Assembly (NCBI RefSeq): GCF_000143415.4
Contig: NW_003314266.1
Location: 2,823,964-2,887,963 of the forward strand
Length of the DNA: 64,000 bases
Source of the DNA: Selaginella moellendorffii
Lineage: Eukaryota > Plantae > Lycopodiophyta
Direction: 5' to 3'
The position numbers and the translations under genes are program-made. The notes under the pieces were generated by a model. It saw only the letters and a list, made by a program, of their open reading frames with translations. It had not been told where the DNA came from and ran no database searches. Shown piece after piece: positions 47,800-58,810 of the stretch (position 1 is its first letter; each line of letters begins with the position of its first letter).

Positions 47800-48429
47800 A
47801 GAAGGTGCTAAATTTCTTTTGTATAATCTTACATATGGTGACTATTATACATTGACTACACGCTAAAGTATGTCATCCAACGAAAGCCTGTCAAAGTGCT
47901 CTTTGATGATTCTCATCGAAAGTCATTTATTACTACACAAGTAGTACTATGGTGTCTAGATACTCTCCTAGAGTATAGCACAATGAGCTTCTTGACAAAT
48001 AACCAACTGCTAAGGGAGTTTGCTATGTAAGATAGTTCAGTTTTACTTAGCTATAATGAATGCTTTTATAGATTTGCAATGCCTTCTAACATACATGAGA
48101 AATGGAGGAAGTACCTACATGATCAGCAACTCTAAAAACAAACGATCAAAGTCCACAAATAATATATTAAGGAGATGTTTGAAGATTAGCAAATAAGGTT
48201 CTTAGACTATAAACATAATTGGGCAAGATCTAACATGAGTCACTTTACGTGTGATTATATGCTCACTCCCTACATAGAAGTCAATCATAGATCTTATACA
48301 TGGAGGAAGTAACAAATCAAGGGCAATTTAATGATATTGTAGACTATAATAGCTTTCTTAGGTAGGTGTCCTCAAATGTCTGTAAATCCCAATTGGATTT
48401 ATATTCTAGCAATGTAGAATGGTCCTAAT

Positions 48430-50038
48430 TGTAAGAACTTGAAGGAAGTAATTGTGAATAATAAGTTTTCTTTCTAGACTTTTTTCTGTGAAGTGCAACC
48501 TTACATAGTTCTTTTAGGAAGAGAGCATGGTTGATATCTTCCAACTTGAGCGTTTAAGGAAAACCTTTATGTGCAGTTGCACAAATATACATGCGTTGTG
48601 AGAAACAAATCTCTAAGCCCTAAAATGGAGCAAAAAAGGTGCCATATGGTAGTGGTCGAAGTGGAAGTTCAACAAGCGTAACATGTTTGGACCAAAGACT
48701 CTGACTTGAAAAGTTAAAAGTGAAAGTGGAACTCCGAATGAAGTGCTCAAAGTATGAACACGAAGCAATTGGTGAATGAGTCTCTAAAAAAGGAGACAAG
48801 AAAGATTAACACATGACAAATGTTGTGATATATAGAAGTGTCAGAAACAAGTCTGAAAAGGAGTTTGAAAAAGAGTTTGATATGGAGTTTAAGATGGAGT
48901 TTGAGATAGACCCAAGATAGAGTCCGAGATGGACCCAAGTTAAAGTCCAAGATGGACCTAAGATCGAGTCCAAGATCGAGTCCAAGATGGACCTAAGATG
49001 GAGTTTGAAACCAAAACCAAGACTGAGACATAGTCTAAATCTGAGTCCAAGACCAAGGGTGAAAGCCCAAAGTGTTCATCTCTTGGACAAACTCCAAAAG
49101 TATAGTAAGGGGGAAAACTCCAGTAAAGTCAATTTGGCCAAGAAAGGCTAGTGTGACTAGGTTATACCCATATATTGGGTGATGATATAACTATTGAGGA
49201 GTTTAAGGTTAGAGTAAATATAGAAAGATAAGTGGGGTAGCTTAATGAAGTGTTCAAGAACTTCCTCGGGAGATTGAATAATTGATGCTTGTAATCAAGT
49301 GTGAGTGGCACTACCAACTTAAATACCTTGTGTGGCTTATTGGAACCTTGCTCTAGCCATATGGCTAGGGCACTTAAAGGTAGAAGGTGGGGAGAGTAAC
49401 TATAAAGTTCGCATAGAGCCATGGTATTTTGAAATATTATTCCAAAGTCCCAAATTATAGAAAGGAAAAGGAGTAACCCTCTAGTATAGTGACCAAGAAT
49501 ACGGTCACATAGTGAGGAAGTCCTAGAGGTCAATGGGATTTAGTAGTCGAGCCTTTAAACCTTGACCCAATGGCAGTGTTGGAGAGCACGGCCGTGGATG
49601 GAAAGGGACTTGGTGGGAATGGAAAAAGGGACATTAGGGAAAGGTGTTCTTCATGTCTCTGGGCATCCTAAAAGTTCTAAGATGTGGTCAAAAAATGACC
49701 ACTCATGGACAAATGGCCTAGTTTTTGAAAAATAAAACTGTGATGCAGGTGGTTTTGGACTATTGATGTGATAAGGGTGAATGGGCATAGCCTTAGCATA
49801 ATAAGTTGATATGTTAGTGGTACCTTTAGGTGTCGGTCATGGGATTGGACACATGGAGCACTTGGACCAAGTACAAAGGCTAAGTGGCATAGATGGTGTT
49901 TATGGTGCTAGCAAGTCCCCAAAGTTTAAAATAAGATTTATAGAGGTTGTGAGTGAGACTCCTTAAAATGGTTAGAAGTGTGGTTAAGTGACTAAAGTAG
50001 AATGAAAAAATTAATTACTTCTAACTTGGTATCAAAGC
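48430..50038 (+). mobile_element. Decayed long LTR followed by tRNA-Met PBS
   Basis: Homologous (inverted) to solo LTR 54873-55694 over ~48597-48655 and ~49260-50022; PBS-like TGGTATCAAAGC at 50027-50038; internal 11-12 bp minisatellite ~48860-49010. Confidence 0.7.
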
Positions 50039-51560
50039 TATTCCTTAGTTTAACTTTTATTAGTGGTCAAATATAACACCACTTATATTGGCATTGGAAG
50101 GCCCTAGAAATGGGCCCATCCTCGAGAAGTAGCATGTCAAAAGGGCATGACTCTCCATCTTAGTTCATACATGAACATATTGGCAATATGGTAGATAGAA
50201 ATGGACTAATAAAGGAATGACTTGGGATCTTGGGAACAGTATAAGGTTTTCCTTAGAGAGTTGAGGATGTGATCCAGATGCATTTGACTTAACGAACTAG
50301 CTAATGTGGTTGTGGTGAAAAATTATAGTTAGGATCATGAGAAATATAAAGACTCCAAGATAATAAATAAGATTATTTTCATATAATTGAGGCTAGTGCT
50401 CATGAATTTGAAACTAAAATTAATAACCGTGAAATGTCAAATATGGATAAGGAGTCCTTGAAATGGTAGCCGAAGCTACCTTTAATAAATGCTACAACAC
50501 TACAAAGAGTTGGGTGTGTACTTAGAAGAACACCTCAAAAGTAGGATATTATGGGTTGTCGAATTAATAAAGTCTAAAAGTTGAATGACTCAAGTGGAAT
50601 CAAGGAATGGTCCTAAAGGATTGGTAGAAGCATTTGGGCTGATGTGTGTGGTACCCTACAAAGGATAGGGAGGATCATAAAATCCAAGTATGAGAACAAT
50701 AGGTATCTTGATGACAAAATGCGTCATACTAAAGTCGAAGGAAAGGTGTTTCCAGAAAAAAAACAACTTTGGCACAAAATTATGTGCAAACACTATGGTA
50801 TAGTGCTAATTGATAATTGGCATGAGAAATGATTATTTGTTCTTGGCAAAGACCTAGATATAACTGAAAATTGTTGTGAGAGTAGACTTGTGGGGGATGG
50901 TCCAAAGTTGAGTTGAGCTCAATTCAACATAAGTCAACTCAAGTCAACACAGTCAACAAGAAGTATTACAAAGGAAATCTAAATTGAACAAATGAAGGTT
51001 CTAGCAATATTTAAATACATAAATATCTGAGTTAAAAGTTTCTATAAGATTGAATTGTTTAAAAAAGACAAAGTTCATAAGTACCTATCTTTTATAAAGC
51101 TATATTATTTTATTAGGACTACTATTACAGTTGTCATATTTTGATTTAACTACTTAATATTTTGAATACTTTTACAGTTGTAGATATTATTCCTTCATTC
51201 AAAAGATTTTTTAGGGTTCTTGAGAAGATGGGAAGCAAGGAAAATACAAGATCTATGAGTAAAGAGTTGTAGTGTAAAGGAATATGAGAATGTTAATTTT
51301 GTTTCACTACCATAATTTTCATATTACACTTCTGGTCCTTATTACCTATCTGGGAATGTGAAGACCACTATCAGGATAGATAAAAATGCTCTTGTTACTT
51401 CTGAGATAATAGTCTAGAGCACAAGAAATGAATAGCATGACGAAGAACACTAAAAAATCTACTCCATAAAACTTTCCATGACATTTATAATTTACATATT
51501 AATTCATATTAAAAACTCTATTACCTGCCTATATCACAATCCTTTCATATGATAAGACCA

Positions 51561-51823
51561 NNNNNNNNNNNNNNNNNNNNNNNNNNNNNNNNNNNNNNNN
51601 NNNNNNNNNNNNNNNNNNNNNNNNNNNNNNNNNNNNNNNNNNNNNNNNNNNNNNNNNNNNNNNNNNNNNNNNNNNNNNNNNNNNNNNNNNNNNNNNNNNN
51701 NNNNNNNNNNNNNNNNNNNNNNNNNNNNNNNNNNNNNNNNNNNNNNNNNNNNNNNNNNNNNNNNNNNNNNNNNNNNNNNNNNNNNNNNNNNNNNNNNNNN
51801 NNNNNNNNNNNNNNNNNNNNNNN
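51561..51823. other. Assembly gap (263 N)
   Basis: Run of N. Confidence 1.
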
Positions 51824-53395
51824 TAATGCAAAATATAATGAAGAATATATCTATATCAGTCCAAAAGCCAAACAAAACAAAGTTATGCTTAACAAGTGAT
51901 CATTAAATCGATCCTCCATGAATTCATCTTTTGTAAGATGTAACTCATTTCATAACAAGCACAAGAAGAATTATTAATGATCAATATATTTCAACTCAAA
52001 TCTAATAAAGATTCAAACATTTCAATATCAATCATTAACTTTTCCTCTTATCAAGTTAGCATTGTCCACAACTAAATCACTTTTCAAGGAAAAGCTCAAA
52101 GCTCAACCCCTACTAAACAATCTCATCTAGAACACAACTAACTCAAACTTGCCATTCAATTCATTTGAATGTTAATACAATTGCTAACTAGCAAATGCAC
52201 AGATACCAATAATACAAAGCTACAGCAAAATCATTAACACTACCTACATTGAAACTAATGAAACTCAATATCAATTCAACGAAGAGATATTTCACTTCAC
52301 TTAAATCTCAACATCAATAATATCAATAACAAAGCATCATTTCAATATCATCAACACCAAAACAAAGTTAATAGAAAGCAAGAGTGAATCACCACTCAAA
52401 GCTCTTTAACAACCAAGCTAGCCAAAGTCAAAGATACCTTAGTTAATATTTGAAACTAAACCTTCAACAAACTGAGTTACAGATAATATGTTGTCAAGGA
52501 GTGATTCACCACATTCAAGACTCAATATAATCTAACACTACAGACTAAATGCAATCAAATGATATTAACAAAAGTGGAATCAATATGCTAACATGGAAAA
52601 ACCATACAAGCCTATGACACGATCTTTTACAACACCATTCAGTAAAGCAAGCCCATCATTGCTAAATCATCATTGAGCGAAACAAGTGTCACAGCCCTCG
52701 ATAAAGTCTACAAACAATCACTAATTACAAAGCAACTAATAATCACTCTTTCAACTTGCCTTCCACAAAACTCAAACACTAAACTCGTGTTATCAAGTCA
52801 TATACTTGTCTAATATAAATATAATACCCCAAGTACGAGATATAGGAATATGGACAAACATAGACTAAATGACTACTTGAATCCAACTCAACTACAATAA
52901 GCTCACTAATGTATTTAGCCAATAGCTCTAAACATGTCTTGAAGAGGTTAATTATATATAATCAACATTTAGTCAAAACTAAAGTGAAACCATGAGATGG
53001 ACTCATATTGGTACACAACCTTCTCATAGACAAGGTTATAATATGGGTACTAACATCTTAACTTCAAACAATTAAATTGGACATCACCATCCTCAGCCAA
53101 AATGCAAAGCTACCAAGACTAAATCAAAATTAGTGAGAGCTCACTACTCTCATAAAGTCTTAACGAAATGCAAGATGCAATTTGTTACCAAACACAATGT
53201 TATAAAAGAAAAGCACAAGAGTCACCTTTCTAGAAAAGCGCAACAGTCACTTTTTTACACCAACTCTAGACTTTATCCAACTCAATTACTTTAGCCTTAA
53301 GAAGTTAGCATCCCTTTCGGGCTGCATCATATAAACTACATACTAAGTTCTAAATTAACTGAAATCAACTCCAACCCTTTTACTAGTTTGTACTG
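51824..53395. repeat. Degenerate unclassified dispersed repeat (copy B)
   Basis: Direct colinear similarity to 1267-2985. Confidence 0.8.
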
Positions 53396-54872
53396 GCTTA
53401 CAAAAACGGAAAGGTTTTTGGACAAAATGATCAACAAATTAGCCATAAAATTAACCTAAGAAATTTATAGAAAATTTCCATCTTAAAGAAAGAATGATTT
53501 TCAATCTAGAAATGCAAATTTTTAAGACTCAACCAACTTCCTTTTACTAACAACTTCATAAAGGTTCACCTCGACACAAATTCTCAAGACCCATAATATT
53601 CTTAAGCCTCGAACATCATGCCCATATTTCAAATATCCAACACTAACATTTGCAAAATGTAAAATGAACATCCAAGGCTTGATCACGAAGACTATATCTT
53701 TGGATATCCACATTGCACTAACACTCTTCTTTAACCACCTTCAAGATTCAATGTGAAGCTAAAACATTAATAAAAAAAATGACATGGAAAATCAAGATCT
53801 AAGAAAATTCCTCATCACTCGAAATAATAATGCCACTTCCACTAACACAAATGTTAGTGATGTCAATGCCTTAATTACACATCTTTTCCATCCAACAATC
53901 TACTCCAAGTGTTAACAAATCAATTGACGAACTATAGCAAATAAATGCTACAACTCTTTTCCAACACCTCAATGGGCAAACTCTTAAGGAAACACGGTAC
54001 CAACATATGCTTAACATATCATAGATCACTATTGAGAACCAAGTTAAAGCTACTTTAATGCTACTACTTATAAGTAAACTAACTTCATTATTAACAACTT
54101 TACACTTGATCATTTTTTAACTAAACAACTTCGTAAACATATTGCTCATTATTACATGGATATGATATAAAATCACAATTATTTGATCATTAATTGAGCA
54201 ACACCATAAGCAATGCCCATATCATTACTACCAAAGTTTACGTGACTATCAAGTGTCAACTTGATTCGACAAAATGCAACATAAATGCCACACCCCACCA
54301 ATAGAGATTTTACTTAACACCACTAATTTTTATTCATAACACAGACAAATGCATGCCACTCTCTATCCGACCAAACTCAAAACTAATCTAACACCAAGAT
54401 ACTCAAGGAATAATAACAAGGTTCCTCAGAAAAGAATTAAGTATTGTAACCCAAGTCTTCAATAGTAAGTCTAGACAAAATGGTTTAGCACTTTACTGCT
54501 ATCCATCCCACGACTTACCACTTGTAAAACCACCATAACTAACATGTATCAAGATAGAGACTCTTAATTGTATAATGTGAATACGAGCAATGAATTAACA
54601 CCTTGTTACAAATCATCTCTCCGAGATGAGAAAATTATTTACGTATTTGATCATTCATCCCTAACAACTCTCTTTTCGGTCTCACCTTTTGACCAAACCT
54701 CAAACTTGCTTTCACACTACCTTCAGTCCAATAAAAAAAAAGTATATAAGTATATAAGAGAGTATAACAATGACTACTTGAACTAATAAACTAATCCCTA
54801 TAGTCTTAAATGATCCATTTATAGTCATGCCTAAAAAAGATCCACTAAAACAGCTACAAATTAGCTTATTTG

Positions 54873-55694
54873 TGTAAGTGACTAATTTTTCCATTCTATT
54901 TCAATCACTTAACCACACCTCTAACCACTTGGAAGAGTCTCAATTCACAACCTCCATAAGTCCAATTCAGCACTTGGGGTTTGGTAGTCTCAAGAATGGC
55001 ATCTTTGCCACTCAACCTTTACACTTGGTCCGAATGCTCCACATGTTCAATCCCATGACTGACACTAAAAGATACCATGGACATATCAGCCTATTACTCT
55101 AAAGCCATGCCTATTCACTTTTGTCATATCGATAATCTAACACCACCTACATCACAATCTTATTTCTCAAAAATTGAGCCCTCTATTTATAAGTGGTCAT
55201 CCCAAATCCACTCTTTAGCATCCTTAAAATGCCTATGGGGAATAGCCTTCCCCAATATCCCTTTTTCAGTCCCTACCAAATCCTTTCTGTCCATGGCCGC
55301 ATTTTCCAACACTTCCATTAGATCAAGGCCCACCAGCCTGACCATTAAGTCTCACTGTCCTTTAGGACTTTCACACCATATGACCATAACCTTGGTCACT
55401 ACACTAGAGGATTGCCTTTTTTCCTTTCCATAGTCTGGGACTTTAGGATAACATTTCAGAATACTATAGCCATATACAAGTCTCATAGGTACTCTCCCCA
55501 CCTTCTGTCTTTGGATGCTCTAGCCCTAGGCTTAGAGAGAGGTTCTGTTAAGCCACACTAAATAACCAAGTAGGTAGTGCCACCCACACTTGGATTGGGA
55601 GTATCGACTATTTGATCTCCCAGGGGAATTAAAACCATTACCATATGGCACCCTTTCAACTCCTCTTTGGGGCTTAGAGATTTTATGTCTCACA
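54873..55694 (-). mobile_element. Solo LTR (822 bp) with 5-bp TSD
   Basis: Plus-strand ends TGTAAG...CTCACA; ATTTG on both flanks (54868-54872, 55695-55699); reverse-complement homology to 48597-50022. Confidence 0.82.
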
Positions 55695-56426
55695 ATTTGC
55701 CACTCATAGTGAAAATATTCGTGTCTACTTCTAGCAACATGAGTCGAGCATGCGCAACCACGTCTTCAACTTTCTCGCGGTGTGTTAGGACGTCTGGAAC
55801 AAGGCAAGGCACAAGCAAGTCCTTGATAAACGGTTCGAACTTGATGCTGCAGAGCAGCAGCTCCAGTTCTTGGTGGCTGAGTTTGCCATAGCTTGGTGAT
55901 GACTGCAGTTCAACAATTTTGACTATATCATCCGAGAGGGCCTCGTAAACGGGTTGAGCTCGTTCACCAAACTTTTCACTTGAAAGATCCATCTACATGA
56001 ACAAACAAAAGGAGGAAGGAAACACTCACCGTTTTGCGCTGAGCAAAGTGATCAGACAGCAATGCATCGCTGTTCAGCTCCACGATAAAACCACACAAAC
56101 CTGTTACCTGAGTCCAGAAAACGTCGAGCAAGTTGAGGGCTGCATGGGTCCTGGAGAATCTGGCGAGCAGTCTGGAAAACCTCGTCAGAGATGAAATCCT
56201 GGAAGAGATCCCAGTGCTGGTGGATGTAGAGCAAACCCAGCAAATGGGCCATGTCTGGATCCTGAGCCACTGCATTGTACATCGTGTTGACATATTGCCC
56301 CACCAGCCTCTTCTCCTTGGCAAACCTCATGAGCTTGTCATACTCACACTCTACCTTGCTCAATTCCTTGATACCCTTCCGCAATATCCGATAACGCCGC
56401 TCCGACTTGACCCCGAGGTTTTCCAT
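55690..56426 (-). pseudogene. Unknown lineage-specific gene, probably frameshifted
   Basis: Coding-like composition; two overlapping frames (56432-56052, 56323-55976) and a short phase-0 GT-AG intron into ORF 55992-55690; no recognisable domain. Confidence 0.4.
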
Positions 56427-56707
56427 TGTCACAAGAAAGGTGGCGACTAAGCCTTGGGGCTTAGGGTTTATGTAAAGAAAAAATGGTAAAGCTGAAAATC
56501 TGAAGGTGCATCAAACTTTCGGAGCATTCACAAGGCAACGATCGATGGCACTGTTCTTGGAGATGTGGTGATTGTTGTCTCGGACAAGCCAGGTTCATGG
56601 TTTTTTCATTGAATTTATGAAAATATAAGCACTAATGTTAATCTAATTTACGAATATGCTGCTGAATATGCCTTATAAGAGTCAGTTCTAGGGCAGGGAG
56701 TCGGCTA

Positions 56708-56786
56708 GGGCAGTGATGAATTCGTGCTTTTCTTATGTCTGGACTTCTGAGAAGCTGTGATTTTCTCTTTCGCGATTTCTGAGCTC
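56708..56786 (+). ncRNA. Box C/D snoRNA, predicted guide for 18S Cm equivalent to human C1272 (SNORD66-like target)
   Basis: Box C GTGATGA 56713-56719, D' CTGA 56747-56750, D CTGA 56779-56782, terminal stem gggc/gctc; guide TATGTCTGGACTT complementary to plant 18S AGGUCCAGACAUA. Confidence 0.75.
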
Positions 56787-56973
56787 GTTGGTTTCTCGCA
56801 TCTCTACCAGCGCTGCTGTGCGTCAAGACGATTCTCTTCTCTTGGCGGAGGGTTTCAGCGGCGTTAAATCGTGATGCAAGACTCTTTTGCCGCAGATCTT
56901 ACCGACCCATTTGATCTCTTGCCTCGCATCTGGTGTTTAATGATTCTGCGCCAAGTTCTTTTTTTTCTTCCTT

Positions 56974-57055
56974 CCTTGGTGATGATCTTTCCACGCGACG
57001 GGCGATCTGAACTGATGCCGTGTTGAATGTCGCGTTTCTTTGAAACTCTGAAAGG
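56974..57055 (+). ncRNA. U43: Box C/D snoRNA U43/snR70-like (18S Cm1639 yeast / Cm1703 human equivalent)
   Basis: Box C GTGATGA 56979-56985, D' CTGA 57007-57010, C'-like TGATG 57013-57017, D CTGA 57048-57051, stem cctt/aagg; guide GCGACGGGCG pairs with 18S CGCCCGUCGC and the D+5 rule lands on the known methylated C. Confidence 0.85.
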
Positions 57056-57069
57056 TCGAGACCCGAGAG

Positions 57070-57145
57070 AGCAGATGATGATCCAGCAAAACTTATTCTA
57101 CACTCCGATTGGATCGTGAGGAAAGCTTTTTCACCTCTGACAAGC
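57070..57145 (+). ncRNA. Box C/D snoRNA targeting 25S rRNA U in GGUGUAG (snoR16-like)
   Basis: Box C ATGATGA 57075-57081, guide ACTTATTCTACAC 57091-57103 complementary to LSU GUGUAG(A/G)AUAAGU, D'-like CCGA 57105-57108, C' GTGAGGA 57116-57122, D CTGA 57137-57140. Confidence 0.72.
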
Positions 57146-57315
57146 TGATGCTCTCCCCGGATTCTAAAAACCAAACTTTTGATAGATCACTGAATTATAA
57201 CTGTAGCGATTGACTCACTAGGCCACGTCAAAGCGAAACCGAAAACCTCTTGCAATCCCAATGGCTGCTTCTTGTTCTTGGTCTCCCTGGAAGCCATAGC
57301 CACACGCATGAGACA

Positions 57316-57540
57316 ATGCAAGGCAGGCCGCGGCAGCAAAGAGATCTTCTCTACTTTGGGACGCCACCAACGCCGATCGCTCCCTCGCCCTCGATCGAGA
57401 GCTCGTACAAGGGAGGATCCTGGCAGGGGATCATCCTGGTTTTGCTCCTGCTCATCGTAGTCTTAGGAATAATCGGATGGAACACTCACAAGAAGAAGCA
57501 GAGGTTGCAGCAGTACGACCGGTTCCAGAATCCGTTCTAG
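57316..57540 (+). CDS. Small single-pass membrane protein (74 aa from first in-frame ATG), start uncertain
   Basis: Pro/Ser-rich linker, hydrophobic GIILVLLLLIVVLGIIGW, basic stop-transfer HKKKQR, tail YDRFQNPF. Confidence 0.5.
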   Translation: MQGRPRQQRDLLYFGTPPTPIAPSPSIESSYKGGSWQGIILVLLLLIVVLGIIGWNTHKKKQRLQQYDRFQNPF

Positions 57541-57656
57541 CATTTGCTTTGTCCTGGAGCTTCTCTTTTTCTTGTTGCACTGGAAAGTAGCACAGAGTTT
57601 CCGGCTCCTTGCGAGAAAAGAAGAACACCACTTACTTGCCTGTCGAAAGAATCGGC

Positions 57657-58702
57657 TTACAGTTTTTGAATGATCGTGTTGATGATCCGGTGGAAGTAGG
57701 ACATGCGCTGCACGGCTTCTTTCGCAGCGTCGAGATCGCTTCTCTTCATTGCTTCCGCGAAAGTTTTCTGGTAGTCGAGCATTCTCGAGTGTGACTGTGA
57801 TCCAAAAAAGAAAAATGGATGTAAGCTTTAGAAAACCAACAATCTGACGTACTTTCTCTTTGAGTGCTTGGAGCTTGTTTGAGTCCGAGCAACTGCTGAT
57901 AGTTTCTTGCATTTCCATCACCTATCCATCAAAAGCATTGGTGTTAAGAAGGAAAATAACATTTCTATGTGATTACCTCCATCAGGATTTCTGGATCGGT
58001 GACAGTCCCTTCCTCTTCAACGTCTACCCCGAAAGTTTCCAGCTAGAGAAGAAAAGAAAAACAAAGGCTTAGATTCGAGCTCGTCGTTCCATGGCTTTTC
58101 ACTCACCAGATAAGTAGCTCGAGACAAAGGCTTCAAGAGGACCTGATACGCATTAATCACTTGAGAGGATTGATCGGCAGAGTATTCTTGCTCTTTCTAG
58201 AATGACACCAGTGAAAGTATAAGGCATGGATCACCAAAAAAAAGTTTTTCTTACCGAAGATTTCATGCTGTAGAGATCAGGATGAAGCTTCTTTTGCAAA
58301 TTCTTGTACCGCTTCTCGAGCTCTCCTGTATCGAGCTCGAATTCCTTCTTCCTGGAAAAATCACGTCAGCTCCAACGATGGATGGCCAAAGAAAAGCTCT
58401 TACAAGTCGAAAATATCGAAGAAATTCACCAATCGATTGGCCGGCTGGATGATCTTGCACGCCGGGCACAGCATGAAAACCACCGCCTGCGCGGCCGCCC
58501 CACACGACCAGCATTGCCGCTGCTTACTCGTCCCAACCGAGGAGTAGCCGCGCCATAGCTCGAAAACTCTAGAACCGAAAGGCGCACCTCGATCGATCGA
58601 AATATCGCATGCCGGGGCGATCGCACGCGTGGAGAACGAAGTGGAATCCCTCCATCGAGCGCCGCGCCTCCAGACCTGGCGGAGGATTCGTCGTCCCGCC
58701 AT
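57657..58702 (-). CDS. HSCB: Mitochondrial Fe-S cluster co-chaperone HscB/HSC20, 6 exons
   Basis: Transit-like N-terminus, CWSC...CPAC..IQP, J-domain YKNLQKKLHPD, VINAYQVLLKPLSRATYL, DPEILMEVME, RMSYF. Confidence 0.93.
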
Positions 58703-58810
58703 AGCCAATCTCAAACCGGTCACCGGTTCGACACCTCTCCCAAACACCTAGAAGTCTGCAAAAGGTATATAGTACGTGTCTTTGGAGCCCGTGGAGTTTG
58801 TTCGCCTGTC

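Noticed and set aside
49260-55628. Large inverted repeat as TIRs of a DNA transposon
   Set aside because: The right copy has its own TG...CA ends and TSD and the left is followed by a PBS, so these are two LTR copies in opposite orientation.
56790-56970. Fourth snoRNA (H/ACA or degenerate C/D)
   Set aside because: Hairpin potential is present but no clean H, ACA or D box and no rRNA guide I could identify; left uncalled.
56638-57174. Minus-strand ORFs of 62 and 91 aa
   Set aside because: No ATG-supported gene structure; region is better explained by plus-strand snoRNAs.
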